DNA of 64,000 nucleotides from Thermoleophilia bacterium (GTDB lineage: Bacteria; Actinomycetota; Thermoleophilia; UBA2241): the NCBI GenBank assembly GCA_035686425.1, contig DASRZL010000126.1:1712-65711 (forward strand), in the 5' to 3' direction. The notes below the pieces were generated by a model. It searched no databases. It was given only the letters and a program-made list of their open reading frames with translations, and had not been told where the DNA came from. Shown piece by piece: positions 59,532 to 64,000 of this stretch (the first letter of the stretch is position 1; every line of letters begins with the position of its first letter). The position numbers and the translations under genes were made by a program.

Positions 59532-60194
59532 ATGGAAGAGCGCGGCCACAGATCCAGGCTCGAGCTGACGGGGCTCGCCGACGCCGTCCACGGCCGGGCG
59601 AGCGTGCGCCGCTACGCGCCGGAGCGCGTCCCGCGCGAGGACGTCGCCGCCATGGTCGGCCTCGCCGTCCGCGCGGCCAACGCCGGCAACGCGCAGATGT
59701 GGCGCTTCATCGCCGTGGAGGACGCCAATCTGCGCGCGGCGATGAAGGACGCCGTGGACGCGGCCCTCGACGTCATGGCCGCGTGGCCGGAGGCCGAGGG
59801 CATGGAGAAGGAGCTCAGGTCGTATCGCGCCTACTCCACCTTCTTCGCCGGCGCGCCGCTCGTGATGGCGATCGTCGGCCTGCCCTACGGCTCGGTCGCC
59901 GACCGGCTGTTCGATGCACGCGGCACTCCTCGCGACGAACGCGACCGTCTGCGCGCCCGTCCGGACCTGCAGAGCATCGGCGCCGCCGTGCAGCTGCTCT
60001 GCACGGGCGCGCACACCATGGGCTACGGCTCGTGCTGGATGACCGCGCCGGTTCTGGCCGCGCCGGCCATCGAGGCGCTGCTTGGCGTGGAGCCTCCGGC
60101 GGCTCTGGTCGCGGTGGTCCCCATCGGCCGGCCCGCCTCGCCGCCAAGGCCGTCCTCGCGCCGTCCCGTCGAGGACGTCCTCGAGTTCCGGTGA
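59532..60194 (+). CDS. Nitroreductase family protein
   Basis: RASVRRY, ...NAQ.W.F motifs of NADH/FMN nitroreductase fold. Confidence 0.7.
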   Translation: MEERGHRSRLELTGLADAVHGRASVRRYAPERVPREDVAAMVGLAVRAANAGNAQMWRFIAVEDANLRAAMKDAVDAALDVMAAWPEAEGMEKELRSYRAYSTFFAGAPLVMAIVGLPYGSVADRLFDARGTPRDERDRLRARPDLQSIGAAVQLLCTGAHTMGYGSCWMTAPVLAAPAIEALLGVEPPAALVAVVPIGRPASPPRPSSRRPVEDVLEFR

Positions 60195-60306
60195 CCGCGC
60201 CGGTGCGCTTGCCAGCCCCTCTCGGCCCTCGGTACACTCCCGGGGCGCGGCGCCCCGGCGCTGTTCGGTACTCTTCAGCGGCCACAGCGAACGGGAGGAA
60301 CGTCCT

Positions 60307-61377
60307 GTGAACCACCCCGGCGTCTCGATCGGCGGTCTCTGCTCGCGCATCCTCCAGGGCGCCGTCCCGGACGAGGGCGACCTCGAGTCGCTGCTGCGCG
60401 CAGGCGACGAGGCGCCGCTCGTGTTCGCTGCCGCGCGCGAGATGCGCGCGCGGCAGTCCGGCGACGCGGTCTTCCTGTATGGCTTCGTGTACTTCTCCAC
60501 GTACTGCCGCAACGAGTGCGCCTTCTGCTTCTACCGCGCGGACAACGAAGAGAGCCCGCGCTACCGCAAGACCACGGACGAGGTGGTCGCGATCTGCCTC
60601 GACCTCGCCGAGTCCGGCGTCGTCCTGCTCGACCTCACCATGGGCGAGGACCCCGTCATCCACGACGATCCCGGCCACGCCGCGCTGGTGGAGCTCGTCG
60701 CCGCCGTAGCGGACGGCGCCGGGCTGCCGGTCATGGTGTCGCCGGGTGTCCTCCCGGAGGCCGCGCTGGGCCAGATCAGCGCGGCCGGGGCGGACTGGTA
60801 CGCGCTGTATCAGGAGACGCACACGCGGGAGCTGTACGACCGCCTGCGCGTGGGGCAGCCGTTCGAGGAGCGCGGCGCTGCAAGAGACGCGGCCCGGCGG
60901 GCCGGTCTGCTCGTCGAAGACGGCCTCCTCACCGGCATCGGCGACTCGGCCGCCGACCGCGCCCGCTCGATCGTGGCGATGCGGGAGGCCGGCTGGGAGC
61001 AGGTGCGCGTCATGACCTTCGTCCCTCAGGCGGGCACGCCCCTCGAGGACGTGCGCCCGCTGGGCGACGCGGACGAGTTGCTCACCATCGCCGCCATGCG
61101 GCTGGCGATGCCCGACCGCTTCATCCCGGCTTCGCTGGACGTGGACGGTATCGCCGGCCTGGAGCGGCGGCTCGAGGCGGGGGCGAACGTGGTCACGTCG
61201 ATCGTGCCACCGACGGTCGGCCTCGCCGGCGTCTCGCAGGCGGAGCTCGACATCGACGAGGGCTACCGGACGGTACACGGCGTCCTGCCGCACCTCGCTC
61301 GTCTGGGGCTTCGTCCCGCCGGCGTCGACGAGTACCGCGAGCGCATGCGCACGGTGCGCGCCGCCGCGGCGCGGTGA
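60307..61377 (+). CDS. pylB: 3-methylornithine synthase PylB (radical SAM lysine mutase)
   Basis: CRNECAFC radical-SAM motif embedded in FVYFSTYCRNECAFCFY, plus LDLTMGEDP, ALYQETH..ELY..LRVGQ, VRVMTFVPQAGTPLE, IPASLD..GI.G...LEAGANVVTSI blocks that track archaeal PylB almost residue by residue; GTG start after GGAGG. Confidence 0.8.
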   Translation: MNHPGVSIGGLCSRILQGAVPDEGDLESLLRAGDEAPLVFAAAREMRARQSGDAVFLYGFVYFSTYCRNECAFCFYRADNEESPRYRKTTDEVVAICLDLAESGVVLLDLTMGEDPVIHDDPGHAALVELVAAVADGAGLPVMVSPGVLPEAALGQISAAGADWYALYQETHTRELYDRLRVGQPFEERGAARDAARRAGLLVEDGLLTGIGDSAADRARSIVAMREAGWEQVRVMTFVPQAGTPLEDVRPLGDADELLTIAAMRLAMPDRFIPASLDVDGIAGLERRLEAGANVVTSIVPPTVGLAGVSQAELDIDEGYRTVHGVLPHLARLGLRPAGVDEYRERMRTVRAAAAR

Positions 61378-61381
61378 GCGC

Positions 61382-62626
61382 ATGCGCCTCCTGATCGTCG
61401 GCGGCAAGCTGCAGGGCACCGAGGCCGCGTACCTCGCCGCCAAGGCCGGGTGGGAGACTGTGCTCATCGACCGGCGCGAGGCTCCTCCCGCGGCCGGGCT
61501 GACCGATGCGCACGTGATCGCCGACGTCACTGCGGATGAGGCGCGCACGCGGAGCCTCGTAGCCTCGTGTGACGCCGTGCTGCCCGCCTGTGAGGACGAG
61601 CCCACCCTGGCGTGGCTCGCCGAGCGCGTCCCGGCGTGGGGCGTGCCGTTCCTGTTCGACCTCGACGCCTATCGCGTGACGGCGTCGAAGCTGGCGTCGC
61701 GGAGGCTCTTCGCCGAGCTGGATGTGCCCCGCCCGGGTGATTGGCCGGGCTGCGGCCTCCCCGCAGTGATCAAGCCGAGCACGGCGAGCGGGAGCGAGGG
61801 CGTCGTCGTCGCCCACGACAAAGCCGAGCTGGAGGCGGCCCGGAGCGAGCTGGTGGCCGCCGGGCACGACGTGGTCACCGAAGAGTACGTGGCCGGCCCC
61901 TCACTCTCACTCGAGGTGCTGGCGTGGGGCGGAAGGGCCGTACCGCTCCAGGTGACTGGCCTCGAGTTCGACGCGACCTATGACTGCAAGCGTGTGGTGG
62001 CGCCGGTAGGGGAGGCCGCCGGCGGAGCGCCCGCGTCCGCCGGCCCCGGCGGCGCCTGCGACTGGGATGCCGCCGTCGCCGGCGGCGTCCTCGATGCCTT
62101 CGACGCGGCCAGCGTGCGCGTGGCGGAAGGCCTCGGCCTCAACGGCCTCATGGACGTGGAGGTGATGGTGAGCGGCACGGCGCCGAAGCTGCTCGAGATC
62201 GACGCGCGGCTCCCCAGCCAGACCCCGACGGCGGTCTACTGGTCGAGCGGGCTCAACGTCGTCGAGTTGCTGGCCGAGACCGTGCGCACAGGGGCGCCGC
62301 CGGCCGTCGATCGCGCGGCGCGGCGCGCGTGCCTCTATCAGCACGTGCGCGCCTCCGGGGGTCTGCTCGAAGTCCTCGGCGAGCATGTGATGGGGAGTGC
62401 CGGTCCCCTGCGCCTCGTGCCGGGGTTCTTCGGCGCGGACGAGGCGCTCACTGACTACGCCTCCGGGCGCCCGGAGTGGGCGGCGACGTTGATCGTCGCG
62501 GCCCCGACGGTCGATGAGGCGCGCCGCCGCGCCGGGGACACCGTGGAAGCACTGGCTCGATACGAGAACCTTCAAGCTATACTTGAAGGAGAGACATCAC
62601 CTGCCGACGAAGGAGGTCCCCGATGA
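61382..62626 (+). CDS. pylC: 3-methylornithine--L-lysine ligase PylC (ATP-grasp)
   Basis: LLIVGGKLQGTEAAYLAAKAG N-terminus and EIDARLPSQTPTAVYWSSGLNVVELL block match PylC; ATP-grasp fold. Confidence 0.8.
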   Translation: MRLLIVGGKLQGTEAAYLAAKAGWETVLIDRREAPPAAGLTDAHVIADVTADEARTRSLVASCDAVLPACEDEPTLAWLAERVPAWGVPFLFDLDAYRVTASKLASRRLFAELDVPRPGDWPGCGLPAVIKPSTASGSEGVVVAHDKAELEAARSELVAAGHDVVTEEYVAGPSLSLEVLAWGGRAVPLQVTGLEFDATYDCKRVVAPVGEAAGGAPASAGPGGACDWDAAVAGGVLDAFDAASVRVAEGLGLNGLMDVEVMVSGTAPKLLEIDARLPSQTPTAVYWSSGLNVVELLAETVRTGAPPAVDRAARRACLYQHVRASGGLLEVLGEHVMGSAGPLRLVPGFFGADEALTDYASGRPEWAATLIVAAPTVDEARRRAGDTVEALARYENLQAILEGETSPADEGGPR

Positions 62627-63429
62627 CACGACTGACCGAGACCGACGTCACTACGCTGACGCGGGACCTGGACGCGTTCGAGGACCGTCTGAGGGACGTC
62701 ACGGGGTTCGGCCTTCGGGGGATCGCGCTGCGTACCGCCACCGACGAGGCGCGGTGCGTCCTGCTTCGCGGCGCGCGTATCGCCGCCGTCCCGATGTCAT
62801 CGGGGCAAGGATTCATCCCCGGGTTCTCCGAGTGCGTCGTGGCGATCCTCTCGCACCTCGGCTGTGACGCCTGGGCGACGACACAGCCGGACGTGCGCGG
62901 CATCCAGGCGGGCGTCGCCGCCGGCGCCGACGTCCTCTTCCTTGCCGACGACCACCGCTTTATCGCCCTGAACGTGGCCGGGGGCTGCACCGTGGACGAC
63001 GACCCCGCGACCGCGGATGGGTACGTCACGGCGCTGCAAGCCGCCGCGGGTGGATTGCCGGAGCGCCGGGTCCTGCTCCTCGGCCTGGGTCCTGTCGGCC
63101 GGGCCGCCGCGCGACGACTCGTCAGCCGGGGCGCGACGGTGCTCGTCGTCGAGCCCGACAAGGAGCGCTTGGCGGCAGCGCTCGAGGTCGGGCTGAAGGT
63201 CGAGCCCGTCGAGCTGGCCACCGGACTGGAGAGCTGCGACCTGATCTTCGACGCGTCGCCGGCCGCCGGCATCATCGACGCCGCAGACATCAGGCCGGAG
63301 GCGATCGCCGCCGTCCCCGGCCTGCCCTCGGCCTTCACGCCGGCGGCGCAAGAGGCTCTCGGCGTGCGTCACATCCACGAGCCGCTGGCGATCGGCGTGG
63401 CTGTCATGGCGGTGCGCGCGCTGCTCTGA
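62623..63429 (+). CDS. pylD: Pyrrolysine synthase PylD (3-methylornithyl-N6-lysine dehydrogenase)
   Basis: LTETDV..L..DL...E..LRDVTG.GLRGI N-terminus, LADDHRFIALN, Rossmann LLLGLGPVGRAAARRL, C-terminal EPLAIGVA; ATGA overlap with pylC. Confidence 0.8.
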   Translation: MTRLTETDVTTLTRDLDAFEDRLRDVTGFGLRGIALRTATDEARCVLLRGARIAAVPMSSGQGFIPGFSECVVAILSHLGCDAWATTQPDVRGIQAGVAAGADVLFLADDHRFIALNVAGGCTVDDDPATADGYVTALQAAAGGLPERRVLLLGLGPVGRAAARRLVSRGATVLVVEPDKERLAAALEVGLKVEPVELATGLESCDLIFDASPAAGIIDAADIRPEAIAAVPGLPSAFTPAAQEALGVRHIHEPLAIGVAVMAVRALL

Positions 63430-63469
63430 CGGCCGCGCGCGGCCCGCACGGTGTACAATCGCAGGGCGT

Positions 63470-63542
63470 GGGGGGTCGATCGGAAGGATCAGCGTGGGCT
63501 CTAAACCCACGTAGGCGGGTGTGACTCCCGCACTCCCCGCCA
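63470..63542 (+). tRNA. pylT: tRNA-Pyl (amber suppressor, anticodon CUA), pylT
   Basis: Manual fold: acceptor GGGGGGU/ACUCCCC (one G-U), short D-arm GAUC-GGAAG-GAUC, 6-bp anticodon stem CGUGGG/CCCACG with loop CUCUAAA (anticodon CUA), 3-nt variable loop, T-arm GCGGG-UGUGACU-CCCGC, discriminator G, encoded CCA; near-identical architecture to bacterial (Desulfitobacterium-type) tRNA-Pyl. Confidence 0.8.
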
Positions 63543-63616
63543 GAGCTTCTCCTCGCCGGGAGGATGCGCGGTCGACGACGCGATGTCGGGCAGGCCCCGG
63601 CCGGCTGGGGGCTCCT

Positions 63617-64000
63617 TCAGTCCGTGGCGAAGGCGACGGGGATGCGCACTTCGTTCCGGCGGGAGCCATCCTCCATCGACTGCTCGTAGACGATGAGAGT
63701 GCCGCGCGCCGCCGAAGTGGAGAAGGCGATCTCCTTGGCGAAGCGCCCGCGGCCGGGCGCGCCGAGAGATGCCTGCACGGGCGTGTTCACGACGCGGCGA
63801 CCGGACGTGTCCACCAGCCGTGCGATGAAGGAGCCCTCGTAGACGCTCGCCGTGCCGGCGATCGCAAAGGGGCTCGAGATCACCGCGCCGACGCCGGGCA
63901 TCTCCACGAAGATGGCGGGCTCGTAGTCGGGGAAGTCTTGCCGGCGCCATTCCGTTGCCGGCGAGTCCGCGCTCCCGGCAGCCGGGTATGGCTGATCATC
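63617..64000 (-). CDS. Hypothetical protein, C-terminal part (gene start lies beyond the window end)
   Basis: Open frame converging on pylT; translation ...VYEGSFIARLVD...TLIVYEQS... looks like a beta-rich domain; no family assigned. Confidence 0.4.
   Translation of the reverse strand, partial: DDQPYPAAGSADSPATEWRRQDFPDYEPAIFVEMPGVGAVISSPFAIAGTASVYEGSFIARLVDTSGRRVVNTPVQASLGAPGRGRFAKEIAFSTSAARGTLIVYEQSMEDGSRRNEVRIPVAFATD

Noticed and set aside
60307-61377. Radical-SAM protein as biotin synthase BioB, HydE or ThiH
   Set aside because: It shares the BioB/HydE/PylB fold, but every conserved block matches PylB specifically (FSTYCRNECAFC, LTMGEDP, VRVMTF.PQ.GTPLE). It is operonic with unmistakable PylC and PylD orthologs and a CUA-anticodon tRNA. 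No bioA/D/F or hydA/F/G neighbours are present.
63501-63950. ORF 63501..63950 (-) as a gene overlapping pylT
   Set aside because: Its translation is low-complexity (Arg/Gly/Pro-rich) and it overlaps both the tRNA and the better-supported convergent ORF 63617..64000 (-) in another frame, so it is most likely spurious.
1-64000. CRISPR arrays, insertion sequences, integrases or prophage genes
   Set aside because: No regularly spaced direct repeats, transposase/integrase-like ORFs or phage structural genes were found. The tRNA-Gly and tRNA-Pyl genes are not flanked by integrase genes or obvious attachment-site duplications.

Overview
This is a high-GC (about 70%) bacterial chromosomal segment with actinobacteria-like codon usage. 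It carries about 62 protein-coding genes, nearly all on the + strand, and 2 tRNA genes. I saw no rRNA, CRISPR array or insertion-sequence/transposase gene.

Gene content, in order along the window:
- A catabolic island with two IclR-type regulators: two SDR oxidoreductases, an L-carnitine-dehydrogenase-like 3-hydroxyacyl-CoA dehydrogenase, a lower-GC cyclase, a cupin, a BKACE/DUF849 beta-keto-acid cleavage enzyme and a Liv-type ABC importer.
- Housekeeping genes: a 5-formyl-THF cyclo-ligase, rlmH, argS, gatCAB and a cspA-like cold-shock gene.
- M42 and M55 peptidases, tRNA-Gly(CCC), and a dtxR-feoB iron module.
- Two adjacent trehalose-synthesis genes, treT and otsA.
- An apparently orphan beta-class DNA methyltransferase translationally coupled to a GT4 glycosyltransferase, then a stand-alone larC.
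- A tetrahydrofolate C1 module (fhs-fchA-folD) followed by a NuoE/NuoF-like diaphorase pair with no catalytic partner nearby.
- Two tandem-duplicated APC-family permeases flanking an Lrp/AsnC regulator.
- A lasso-peptide-type PqqD/RRE protein with an ABC exporter and a TetR regulator, but no lasso cyclase or protease.
- A homocitrate/citramalate synthase, archaeal-type LeuC/LeuD-like dehydratase subunits and a homoisocitrate/isopropylmalate-dehydrogenase-family gene, with a cyclophilin inserted between the two dehydratase subunits.
- A tungsten-type aldehyde:ferredoxin oxidoreductase with a ferredoxin, MoaD-like carrier and nitroreductase.

The most notable feature is at the 3' end: a complete pylB-pylC-pylD operon immediately followed by a tRNA with a CUA anticodon and a tRNA-Pyl-like structure (pylT). 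This is a pyrrolysine biosynthesis and amber-decoding cassette. No pylS is visible in the window, and the host still uses TAG as a normal stop codon for several genes here.
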